Assembly (NCBI GenBank): GCA_051362555.1
Contig: CM120649.1
Span: 186,001-250,000, forward strand
DNA: 64,000 nt
Reading direction: 5' to 3'
DNA from: Lingula anatina
Lineage: Eukaryota; Animalia; Brachiopoda
Both the position numbers and the translations under genes were made by a program. The notes under the pieces are model-generated. The model saw only the letters and a list, made by a program, of their open reading frames with translations. It had not been told where the DNA came from and ran no database searches. How positions within the stretch are numbered: position 1 is the first letter of the stretch; each line of letters opens with the position of its first letter. Below, piece after piece: positions 1 through 13,110 of the stretch.

Positions 1-929
1 CACTGAAACCAGCATCTTTGAAAAATAAATAAAATAGGTGCTGTTTCCTATTCAATAGACTCGAATTTGAAATACAATTTTTAGAACCTACATAAAAGCA
101 TGTAGGTATAATTTAAAATCATTAATGTGAAAGAACAATTTGTTACTTTTAGCCTTTTCTTCTCTTGCATTAATGTAATAATGTAAAACATCATGTAACT
201 CTTTGTAGTACAGAGGCAGAGAGGGAGGGGCTTCCTTGTGAGGATGAGGTTCTAGTTCATACTAAATATACATAGGCTTTTGAAAAAAAAAGTGATTTTT
301 TAGTTAAATAAAACCATATACTAATATGATTGTTTTACCATATTTAAAGGAAAATAGTAGAAAATTGCTTTTTACATCTAATCAAAATTATATACTAATA
401 CAGTTGTATGACTCAATCATGAAATAAAACCCTGTGAAGTGCTGTTTGAATATTTGAAAGTCCCTATATTTGTTGATTGTCAAATTTCCATGGCCACTGA
501 AACCAACATCTTTGTTAAGTAAATAAAGTAGGTGCTGTTAACATTGAGGCAGACTCGAATTTGAAATAATATATTTTTGGAACCTATGTAAATATACATA
601 GGTGAAAGAAAAATCCAGTGTTGAGAGTTATAAGTGTAGGTGTGACTGCTCTATTGTACTCCTGTTACTTGTTTCTCTCTCCCTAGATTGTTCACAGTAT
701 GTTAATATTTCAATATTTTCAAATGGGAGGAAATGATTATCCTGATAGGAAGTCCATTTTGATGGATTCTGTCAATAAGCCATATTGTCCAGTAGCCCCC
801 TGCTACAGTGCATCTTTAATGAATTATGACCATAGTAATGGCACTTTCCATCTTTTTCCTTAATAACAAAAAATGTGCAGACTATTGTATAATTTGAGGT
901 AGCTTAAATGTGCCAAACTGCTTTCATCA

Positions 930-1910
930 GGTCTTGTACAAGAGTATCAGAGTTGAATGTGCCCTGTTGTTAAGTATGCTTGTCCTGTGTGGAACCAGGG
1001 TTAACCAGTAAGCAATGTAATATATAAGAATCTTTTCTGAGGGCACTTAAAACCAAGCAAAAATGTTCATAAGCTTGGTAGTTGGATCATAAATGAAAAT
1101 TATCTTACAGAAGTCAATTTTTTTTGTGCCGTTATACCACCTAGTGGTCAGTGAGTGTCAACATCTGCTCACATAGTGTCAACATCTGATCACATAGTGT
1201 CAACATCTGATCACATAGTGTCAACATCTGATCACATAGTGTCAATATCTGCTCACATAGTGTCAACACTTATCACATAGTGTCAACATCTGATCACATA
1301 GTGTCAACATCTGATCACATAGTGTCAATATCTGCTCACATAGTGTCAACACTGATCACATAGTGTCAACATCTGCTCACATAGTGTCAACATCTGCTCA
1401 CATAGTGTCAACACTGATCACATAGTGTCAACATCTGCTCACATAGTGTCAACACTGATCACATAGTGTCAACATCTGCTCACATAGTGTCAACATCTGA
1501 TCACATAGTGTAAACACTGATCACATAGTGTCAACATCTGCTCACATAGTGTCAACATCTGCTCACATAGTGTCAACACTGATCAGATCGGTCTAATGGA
1601 GGCCCTCACCCAGGTTGGCTGTAAGCTAACGGTATGAAAATATTTCGGCTTGTGTTTGATAATTTTTATTTATGGCAGTGTAATGTAATAGAATCTTTTC
1701 CATTGAGGGCACTTAGAATTATATTGCCCTATTTATCTAATGTTGATTACATGGTAAATTAAAACCTTTAGAAAAGTGGTGCATAGAACTTTGCAAAAAT
1801 TTTTTCAAGAAAATCATGAATGACAAGAACAAACCTTGTAGCCTTCAGAACATACAGAAAGTTAAGGTACCACCAATTTAACTTCAATGTACTAAAATTC
1901 TGTTTCTATT
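930..1910 (+). mobile_element. Degenerate CR1/L2-group LINE ORF2 remnants interrupted by the minisatellite
   Basis: Short translations YACPVWN (~975-995) and RALRII (~1706-1723) resemble the post-RT region of CR1/L2-group LINEs; no open frame remains. Confidence 0.4.
1154..1585. repeat. Minisatellite, 20-21-bp unit AGTGTCAACATCTG(A/C)TCACAT, ~21 copies
   Basis: Directly visible tandem array in a MED12 intron. Confidence 0.95.
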
Positions 1911-1969
1911 GTAATTGGCAGTCATCTTAGATACTTGGAGCTCTCTAAATTTGCCAAAGTGGCAACCAA

Positions 1970-2875
1970 GCTTAATTTGCATTAGGGCCCTATGGAAGCC
2001 TGAATCATAACAATAAAACCCAAAAATATCTAGCTGTGTGTACTAGAGGCACGGTAGTGACTACTTACTAATTGAGACATAATACTGAAAGTTTTACTGA
2101 ATATTCATTTTTTATGTTTGTTATTAAGTTTTCTTTGTTTTGAAGTTTAAACCTACATGTTGTAGGTTTCAAAAATTCATGACTTTTCGTGTCATGAATA
2201 GTAGCGGTAATACAAGGATAAGGAGGACGTTAGCTAGCAAATTTTATTCATAAAATGTTTGCCTTCAGTGGTCCTTCATATTTAATTTTCAAAATGTATT
2301 TAGACGTATATATATTCACACAAACAGTCTATTAACATTTTTTCGTGTACAAGAATGAATATTATAATATGTTATAATTTTGACAAAAAAAGTAATGCAA
2401 TTTGACTGAACCTGACAAAATGGCAATCAAGCTAAATTGGGTTTAAGGCCCTGTGAGAGCCTGAATCGTGCAAATAAACCATAACAGTAAAATAGCTAGC
2501 TGTGTATTGGAGGCAGGGGAATGACTACTCACTGATTCATACATCATAGCCAAAAATTTACTTAATATTCTTTTTGATGGTTCTTGTAAAGTATTCTTTG
2601 TTAAGAAATTTAAATTTACATATTGTAGGTTGCAAAAATTTATGACTTTCAGTGTCATGAAACGTTCAGTATAATAAGGATTATATGAACATTATCTGGT
2701 ATATCTTCACAAAATGTTTGTTTTCAGTGGTCCCTTGCAATTGATTTTAAAGATGTATTTAGACTTACATATTTTCATACAAACAGTGAATTAACATATT
2801 TGAGTGTATAATAATGAAAATTATATTATGTTATAATTTTGATAAAATAAGTAATGCAATTTGACTGAACCTGGC
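1970..2875. repeat. Diverged ~460-bp direct tandem duplication
   Basis: 1970-2415 versus 2430-2875; both end GTAATGCAATTTGACTGAACCTG. Confidence 0.85.
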
Positions 2876-2918
2876 TAAAACTACAACTGTTATAATATGA
2901 AATATATTGATGTTCCAG

Positions 2919-3490
2919 AATCTTGACCAGTGGTCGTTGAGGATGACCTGGCTAGAATTACAGCTCATGTTTAAGCAGTCCAATTCTTCAGTAAGTACGG
3001 AGGGTGAATTTAAAGTATAAAAGTGATTTAAAATCCTTTAATTAGTATTCATGCAAAAAAAAAAAAAAAAAAATACTAAGGCTATGCAGGAAACACGTTG
3101 TTGTAGATTTGACATGAGGATTGATGGTTGAACTTCGATCTTTTTAGGAAGGAAAATAGAATGAATGAGGTGATGCGTTGTGATGTGCTTAATAAAGCTT
3201 CAGCAGTGTGATACTGTTTATTGTTGTTTTTGTTCAATTTTCATTTATGCTAATATTGTGTATTGCGTGCTGATTTTAACCAATCCCATGGCAGCTTGGT
3301 ATTTTCTCCTTAGGAGCTGAGTTCCCTCCAGGATGCAGTGGCCAAGTCAACCATTGAAATATTTCAACAGGAAACAGAAAATAGTCTGAATAATGGGAAC
3401 AAATCTGAGTCTGATCCTCAACAGCTACCCAGGTATCTGTACTCCCCCCAGAGATATATCACCTGAAAAGGAAAACAATGTGTGTGTTAT

Positions 3491-3534
<44 letters not shown>

Positions 3535-6500
3535 TTCAGGATTATTTGAATATACCAATATGTTGAATAATTGCATATAATAACATTGTCAGTGTAGTTG
3601 CTACTGTTAGTTAATATATATAGTGTAAGAAGTCCTCAGGAGTTCACTGAAAGAGGCAGAAAACATTATTTTTCTTGGGACAATTTCTCTAAAGAAAATT
3701 ATCAATAAATTACCAGTAGTATTCACCCCTTATCTGGTACAGCACTAATAAAAATACCTCCAGTATATTTGGCTTTACTGATGATAAAAAAACATTAGAA
3801 ACTTAATTATATTGATATCATTATAATATTGATGTTGTGTTGTTGCTACGTTCCAGATTAGAGCCAGAACACAGGGGGGTGTGGCTGGTGGCTCCTCTGA
3901 TAGCCAAACTTCCCAGCTCAGTCCAGGGGCGCGTGCTCAGGTCTGCAGGACAGGTGCTAGAGAGTGGGAACAACTTCTGGTCTTCTAAAAATAAGTCTGA
4001 AAAGGACAGAAGTCTACAGAAAAGGTATGCTCAGTTCAAGAAGTCACGTCTCATTATTTCTTCTTTCAGCTTTGAAACTTTTTTTTTTTATTTTCAGATC
4101 CCAGTAGCCTGTGGAAAAACAGCAATATTTGGATTAAATTGTTATTTATTTATTTAAATTTATTTTTTTCACAGATCTTCTCAGAGTTCTCTGTCAACCC
4201 ACAATGCTGTGAAATAATATCAAATATAAAAGAACAGGGGAAAAAGTCGAAATGTAAAGTGAATGTCATGAGAATTTAGACTCCTCCATATTTACATTGA
4301 ATGTATTTATTCCAGCACTTCCTTACTAAGTCACCAGCCGTTCCTGTCCCTGGTGTTATCATGTCTGAAAGGCCAAGACGAGCAGAGAGAAGGTTTACTG
4401 ACCTCACTTCATAGTCAGCTGGAGAAGTTTGTCAATAATGCTAAAGAGGTGAGAAATCCAGCAGTTTTGATGTGTTGTATTACAGCCAAGGTGGTGTTAA
4501 AGACATGACAATGGGTTATAATGCCAGAAAAAAATTAAAATTTTCTGTTCTGATGGAAGACATGTCATTGATGGGAGATAATTATATAGAAGAGTCAGTT
4601 TTGCATCAATTTTGCTTTTATATTTGAATTATTTTTCCTATTTGAAATCCCCTGATGCACAGTTTAAACCACAAATTATTCTAGTCGACAACTCTCTCGG
4701 CTGAAGTTAGATTAAGAATTAAATGTGGTAATTGAGTGTTTTTTTTTTCTGAAACCAATGCCAAGGCATATTTGACTCAACCACATCTTGAAATTTTATT
4801 TGATTGACTGGTTAAAATTTGATTTATTTATTGATTTGTTTATTTTATTCTTGGTTTTTGTGGTACAATTTTGTCTTAATAAGTAATTTTAAATTGAACT
4901 TTCAGGGTAAATTTCCAGAGGATAGCAAGACTCAGCAGATTGTGGAGGAGGCTCTTCAACTGAGGCTGAGCTTGGTGAGTGACCTATTCTAATATCCATG
5001 TATTAAAACTGAAAGCTGGAGTCATAAGTATGTCATATAACTTGGTAAGTGATCTATTCTGATATCCATGTATTAAAACTGAAAGCTGGAGTCATAAGTA
5101 TGTCATATAACTTGGTAAGTGATCTATTCTGATATCCATGTATTAAAACTGAAAGCTGGAACCATAAGGATTTCATGTGATTTTGGTGATGCTTTTCTGA
5201 AACCTGCTGTGTTTACTTTGGGGCTAAAATGCATACCAGGATTGATAAATTTATTTGTTTTTTTTTTTCTACCAGGCTGGAGGAATGTTTGATACAATCC
5301 AAAGAAATTCCCAAGCCACAACAGATTGGGCTGTGCTGCTGCTACAACTGGTGTGTAATGGAGTCATAGATACCCAGAATAACAGGTAAAACTGGTGTGT
5401 AATGGAGTCATAGATACCCAGAATAACAGGTAAAACTAGACTTGAGAAAAGCAGCATTTTTTTTCAAAACTCATAACATCAGATATTAATAAGTAAGTGA
5501 AGAAGACAGTAGAAAATACTGAAATTAAATCAGTAAATAGGGTAGTGCAGAAAGGGGGGGGGGGGCACTGACTGTGCTGTAATTGTAATAGTAACAATAA
5601 TACAATCAGACTACAGCAACCTTCATAGCTGCATTTTCTGCTTGAATGTCAAGGAGACCGAAGTTACAAATTTGTTATCTGAACTGTTTTATTGAAGCCT
5701 AAGCAAATGCTTTTATTTATTCATAAAAGTAAAATTTACTTCTGTGTTCAATTTTTATGTACAGACACAGATGTGTCTGTACATATAGCCATCATCTGCG
5801 TCTGTCGTCGCCGTCGCCGTCGCTGTCGCCGTCGTCGCCGTCGCCGTGCACTTTTACCGATAACACGATAAGTGGAAAACTATTTTTTCTTTTGGCTTGA
5901 AACTTACAGAACTGATGAATATTCGTAATACGCAGGTCAAGTTCGAAAATCAGCATGATCGGGTCACTTATAGGGAATTTATGCTGTTTTTTCACTTTTT
6001 TCAGCATATATGCAGCACCGATAACACGATAAGTGGAAAACCATTTTACCTTTTGGCTTGAAACTTACAGAACTGATGAATATTCATAATACGCAGGTCA
6101 AGTTCGAAAATCAGCATGATTGGATCATTTTTAGTGAATTTAGGCTATTTTTTCTCTTTTTTCAGCATATAAGCAGCACCGATAACACCATAAATGGAAA
6201 ACCATTTTACCTTTTGGCTTGAAACTTACAGAACTGATGAATATTCATAATACGCAGGTAAAGTTCGAAAATCAGCATGATCGGGCCATTTTTAGGGAAG
6301 TTATGCTGTTTTTTCACTTCTTTCAACATATATGCAACGCTAATAACACAATATAAGAAAAACAGATAGGCCACATTGTCATTATACTCACAGGAGTAGT
6401 CAAACTAACTAAAACGCAGGTTGAGTTCCAAAATCAGCATAATCGGGCCATTCTTTTAGAAGTTATGCTGTTTTTTCACATTTCCTCAGATTTAATTGTT

Positions 6501-9500
6501 AGGCATGTTAACAGTCTCATTATGGAACTAATAAGATACGTAAAAGTGTTTGTTTGACATTTCCTGCATCTTAATAACATTGTTAGTTGATTATGTAAAA
6601 ATGATGGTAAACTTGTTATTGAGTATTATGTTATAAAGTGTCAAAAATGGAAATAAACAAATATCATTGCAGTTTGTCAGATTCAATCATCTACTATATT
6701 CATTATCTCAGAATGGAGAAAATTGGACATTTAACACTGTTCTATTGATATTTTTCCCATCTCATCAATTTTCTTAGTTGATCATATACAAATGGTAGAA
6801 AACTGTTTATTTTGTTTTATGTTGAAAAAGTGTTTTAAAACTGGAAGTAAACCCATTGCAGAACAGTGCTGTCTTGTTTCAGCATATATGCAGCACCGAT
6901 AAAACGATAAAACCATTTTACCTTTTCCCTTGAAACTTACAAAAGTGATGAATATTCATAATACGCAGGTCAAGTTCGAAAATCAGCATGATCGGGTCAT
7001 TTTTAGGGAAGTTATGCTGTTTTTCACTTTTTTCACCATATATGCAACACTGATAACATGATAAGTGAAAAATCATTTTACCTTTTGGCTTGAAACTTGC
7101 AGAACTAATGAATATTCATATAACGCAGGTCAAGTTCGAAAATCAGCATGATCGGGTCATTTTTAGGGTAGTTATGCTGTTTTTTATGTACAGACACAGA
7201 TGTGTCTGTACATATAGCCATCACCTGTGTCTGTCGTCGTCGCCATGCACTTTCACCGATAACACGATAAGTGAAAAACCGTCTTACCTTTTGGCTTGAA
7301 ACTTACAGAACTGATAAATATCCATAATACACAGGTCAAGTTCGAAAATCAGTATGATCGGGCCATTTTCATGGAAGTTATGTTGTTTTTTCACTTTTTT
7401 CAGTACTTTTACAACACCGATAACACGATAAGTGAAAAAATGTTTTACCCTTTGGCTTGAAACTTACAGAACTGATGAATATTCATAATACGCAGGTCAA
7501 GTTCGAAAATCGGCGTGATCAGACCAATTTTATGGAAGTTATGCTGTTTTTTCACTTTTTTCAGCATATATGCAATACCGTTAACACATTTCAAGGAAAA
7601 TCAATGGGCCAATTGTCTTGATATTCACAGGGGTGATCAGTCTTACTGAAATACAGATGAAGTTTGAAAATAAGCTCGATCGGTTCAGTTTTGGTGAAGT
7701 TATCATTATTTTTTTTTGCATATAAGTGTTTTTTTTCCTCAGATTTAATTCTTAGGCATGTTAACAATCATTTGTGAACTAATTAAATATGTAAAAATGT
7801 TCGTTTGACATTTTATGCATCTTAACAATATTGTTAGTTGATTATATAAAAATTATGGTAAACCAGTTTCAGCTCCCATCCACCTGAAGCTCTTCACATT
7901 TTCTGTATTTTCACATAAGCATTTGTATTGGTTTTTATGTCTTTAAACATTATGTAATATTATTTTATGCACTGTCATTAATTTTCAAGTATTGGGATTT
8001 TCATTATGTGAATTTGAACTCTCATGGTCCTTAAAATGTAATCTTATTGCAGGGGCGGATTGAGGCCGTCTTCTGGGTCTTTCAGATGACGGTCAGATTT
8101 TAAAGTTCACATTGATGGGTATCTGTTTTTTCTGTTGGAAGACCATCAAAATGGAGGATGGATCAACAAAGATAATTTGGAATACTGTCAGAAAATACCT
8201 CTGGATCTGCTCCTGTTATTGACCATGTTACCTGTTGTGCATGATTAAAATTGGGTGTTGATTGACAGTGCTATTATAGGCATTATTTATTATTGCATCA
8301 AAATTGACAAAATGACCCATTTTCTGCATTTTTATTTTCTGTTTTTGTCTGTACATTTGACAGCTTTGCTGCCTTGTTTCATCTGTATCTTGCTACCCAG
8401 TGATAGCTTTAATATATATTAATTTTTTTATCATTTTTATGTACAGACACAGATGTGTCTGTACATATAGCCATCATCTGCGTCTGTCGTCGCCGTTGTC
8501 GCCGTTGGCGCCGTCGTCGGCGCCGTCGTCGCCGTCGTGCACTTTTACCGATAACACGATAAGTGGAACACCGTTTTTGCTTTTGGCTTGAAACTTACAG
8601 AACTGGTGAATATTCCTAATACGCAGGTCAAGTTCGAAAATCAGCATGGTCGGGCCATTTTGAGGGAAGTTATGCTGTTTTTTCACTTTTTTCAGCATAT
8701 ATGCAGCACCGATAACACGATAAGTGGAAAACCATTTTACTTTTTGGCTTGAAACTTACAAAACTGATGAATATTCATAATCCACAGGTCAAGTTCGAAA
8801 ATCAGCATGATCGGGTCATTTTTAGGGAAGTTACGCTGTTTTTTCACTTTTCTCAGCATATATGCAACACCGTTAACACGATAAGTGAAATAACATTTTA
8901 CCTTTTGGCTTGAAACTAACAGAACTGATGGATATTCATAATACGCAGGTCAAGTTCAAAAATCAGCATGATCGGGCCTTTATTTTAAAAGTTATGCTGT
9001 TTTTTCACATTTCCACAGATTCAATTATTAGGCATGTTAACAGTCTCATTATTTAACTAATAAGATACGTAAAAGTGTTTGTTTGATATTTCCTGCATCT
9101 TTACAACATTGTTAATTGATTTTGTAAAAATGATGGTAAACTTGTTATCGTGTATTGTGTAATAAAGTGTCAAAAATGGTAATGAACTCATCATTGCAGT
9201 TTGTCAGATTCAATCATCCACTATGTTCAGAATCTCAGAATGGAGGAAATTGGACATTAAACACTGTTCTATTGATATTTTTCCCATCTCATCAATTTTC
9301 TTAGTTGGTCATATAAAAATGGCAACAAACTGTTTATTTTGTTTTATGTTAAAAAAATGTTAAAAATGGAAATAAACCCATTTCAGAACAGTGCTGTCTT
9401 GTTTACATTTTGGCATTTTTAAGATGTGACTTTGAAGTTTCATGAGCCTGCAGACCTTTGCTAATCACATTTTCTGAATATTCATGATACTAATATTTTA

Positions 9501-12500
9501 TGATTAAAAATTGATGGTCATTATGCTGTTAAACATTATGTAATATTGCATCAAAACTTGAAGAAACTCCTATTTTGAGCACTGCTCCCATGATGACCAT
9601 TTAAGAAAAACCATGTCACTTACTGTTTTCAAACCTACAGGAAAGAAACATAGGGCTAAAATACAGCTTCAGTAGGCAATGCAGTCTGTTTGGTAATTTT
9701 TTTCTGGCAGTTAAACAGTTTTTTGTGAAAATTTAATTTTTCACATATTGGCATTTTCAAGGTGTGACTTTGAAGTTCCATGAGCCTGCAGACCTTTGCT
9801 AGTCACATTTTCTGAGTATCCATGATACTAATATTTTGTGATTAAAAATTGATGGTCATTATGCTGTTAAACATTATGTAATATTGCATCAAAATTTGAA
9901 GAAACCCCTAGTTTGGGCACTGCTCCCATGATGACCATTTACAAAAACCATGTCACTTACTGTTTTCAAACTTACAGGAAAGAAACATGGGGCTAAAATA
10001 CAGCTTCAGTAGGCAATGCAGTCTGTTTGGTAATTTTTTCTGGCAGTTAAACAGTTTTTTGTGAAAATTTAATTTTTCACATATTGGCATTTTCACGATG
10101 TGACTTTGAAGTTCCATGAGCCTGCAGACCTTTGCTAGTCACGTTTTCTGAATGTTCACGTTACTAATATTCTATTATTAAAAATTGATGGTCATTATGC
10201 TGTTTAACATTATGTAATATTGCATCAAAATTTGAAGAAACCCCTATTTTGGGCACTGCTTCCATGATGACCATTTAAGGAAAACCGTGTTATGACTGTC
10301 AAACCTTTAAAAAAGAAACACAGGACTAAAATGCAGAATGAGTTGGAAAAGCAGTCTAATTGGCTTCTTTTTCTGGAAGTTATACATTTGAGTGAAATAT
10401 TCATTATCTTTTTGGCATATTCATTGTGGGACTCGGAGTTCCCATGGACATGAAGCCGAATGGTAATCAAATTTTCTACATGTCCATGCTATTTATTGTC
10501 AATAATCAAAGATTGGTGATAATTATTCTATAATTTATTATGTAATGTTACATCAAAATTGACAACAATATTTTTGCATTGCTACTGCAAACATTATGAA
10601 AAGAAAACTGTGTTACTTATTATTATTTTTAACTTACAAGTATGATTTTTAGGATTGGCATGCAGTTCAAATTAAAAGCCAGGTCAATTGGGTGATCATT
10701 TATTATTGAATTTATGCAATTTTGTGTGAAATTTTCATTTTTCTCATTCTGGCACTTTCTAAGTATAAACTTGAACTCTGATGGGCCTGAAGCCTTATGC
10801 TTTTACTTTTGTCGTTGTTACCTGTTGTGCATAATTAAAATTTGATGTTGACTGTGCAGTAAAACATAATGTATTATTGCATCAGAATTGGTAGTCTCCT
10901 ATTTTGTGCATTATTGTTTTGTGCTTTTCTTAAGATGTGACTTATGGGCCTGAAAGACCTTTGAGAGGGTCAGTCTGTTAATATCCCTTGGGTATCACGT
11001 AGCTAATTTCTGAGTTATAAAGTAATTTACCTAATTGATAGGCCATTAAAGGAGATTACATAAAGCACACTTGTTGATATTTCCTTGTAAACTCCCAAAA
11101 GTTAAGCTCTCTGCTAGATTAATAATAAGGAAGCAGTGATAATTATGCAGGTTATTTTAAAGATTAAAAGTTTGAATGGCAGCTTCATTGAAATTATATT
11201 TACCTCAGGCTCTGCCTAGGAGGTTATATTTTCACCCCTGTTTGTCTGTCATCAACATAACTCAAAAAGTTATGGACCGATTTTGCTGAAATTTTCAGGA
11301 ACTGTCAGAATTGGGCCAAAGAGGACAATGATTAGTTTTTAGTGGTGGTCTGGCTCAATAATCAACAATAATCAACAATTGCTGCCTTGGTAGAGGTCTG
11401 CACTCTCAGTGGTTTTCTAGTTTTGTTAGGTTTTCCTTTACAATTTTTTCTCAAACACTTGCATTTGTGACTTTTAACTCTCATCCGCTCGAGGCTCTGC
11501 ACATTTTCTGTATTTCTACATAAGCAATTGTATTGTTTTTTATGTCTTTAAACATTTAATATATAAAATTATTTTATGCACTGTCATCATTTTTCAAATA
11601 TTGAGACTTTCATCATGTGACTATAGTCTCTCATGGTCCTGAAACTGTAATCTTATTGAAGGGGTGGATTGAGACCATCTTCTGGGTCTTCTTGAAGACA
11701 GGTTATTAAGTTTATATCGACTGGTATCTATTTTTTCTGTTGGAAGACCATCAAAATGGAGGATGGATCAACATAGATACTTAGGAATACTGTCAGAAAA
11801 TATCTCAGGGTCCGCTCCTGTTATTGACCATGTTACCTGTTGTGCATGATTAAAATTCAGTGTTGACTGACAGTGCTATTATAAGCATTATTTATTATTG
11901 CATCAAAATTGACAAAATGACCTTTTTTTGCATCTTTATTTTCTGTTTTTTGTCTGTACATTTGACAGCTTTGCTGCCTTGTTTTTAAGTATTATTATTT
12001 CTTATTCTTTCTGTCCAGTTGAGATAAACATGTGTTCATTGAGTTCTCATCTTCCAGTGACCTGTTCTATACTGTGTTAGACATGCTGTCTTCACTCATT
12101 CATGGCTCTCTGGTCACTGATAACTCAGACAGCAAAGATGATGGAAGGAAAATGTGGAATTTACTAAGCAGGAAATTAAGGGTAAAATCTTTAAAGCATT
12201 TAGAACAAGAGAAAGAGAGAGAGAGAGTGGTACTTTGGAGGTGACAATATTATTTTAATTTCAAGTTTGGTGATATTTCAAATTTGAAATGCTGAAATTC
12301 ACTATCAACTTCCCAGAAGACACGTCATAGTGTCTGCAGTCATTTACATATTTTTATGTTCATTATTCTGCACAAAGATAATTGGAGAATATGCTCGGAC
12401 TTTACAGCTTTAATTCACCATCTCCTTATAACTACTCACATTATGATATTTCTCAACCACAGTTTCTTAATAATATATGTTTATATCTCTGTACAGAAAG

Positions 12501-13051
12501 AGCTAGGAGACAAGTATTCAGATGGTATCGCCCAGGTCCGTCAGCTCCTCCCCATGTCTAAGAGCATGTGTGAAGTAATCACTTGTGAACCACATGGAAG
12601 TCTGGTGGATACCAAAGGAAACAAAATTGCTGGCTTTGATTCCATTGATAAAAAACAGGTATGTATTTATATTGTTTGCTGTATGAGTTCAATAGTTTGG
12701 TATTTTCATTACAAAGTTCATTAGATGTCCTGTTCAATCATAATATTTGGAATGGAGGTTTTTAAAGTGAAAATATTTATTTATACACAGGTTCACATGT
12801 AATTACGTCTGTGATAGCACACAATAAGATCAGTTTATATTGAGGTTTGTCTATAATTCTGCTCCAGGGGTTACAAGTGGCCATGAAGGTGTCTGTCAGT
12901 CCCTGGGACCTCCTGGAGGGACACAAGAACCCCGCCCCCCTCTCCTGGCCCTGGTTTGGGGCTGTGAAGACAGAGAGGAAGCCTCTGAAATATGAGGACC
13001 ATCATAGGTAGGAGTACCCCCCCATGTCTCCTCCACCTCCCCCTTCTTCCA

Positions 13052-13110
<59 letters not shown>

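Noticed and set aside
1-620. Duplicated block at 1-130 versus ~495-610, and similar diverged repeats at ~18060, ~19630 and ~20190
   Set aside because: Old intronic duplications or repeat remnants with no structure I can interpret.
5792-8698. Repeated small ORFs (MLKKVKKQH...DGDDRRR)
   Set aside because: Antisense translations of HINE-like repeat units and their microsatellite; no coding hallmarks.
12011-12057. Alternative upstream acceptor for the MED12 exon at 12058
   Set aside because: In frame but immediately introduces TGA.
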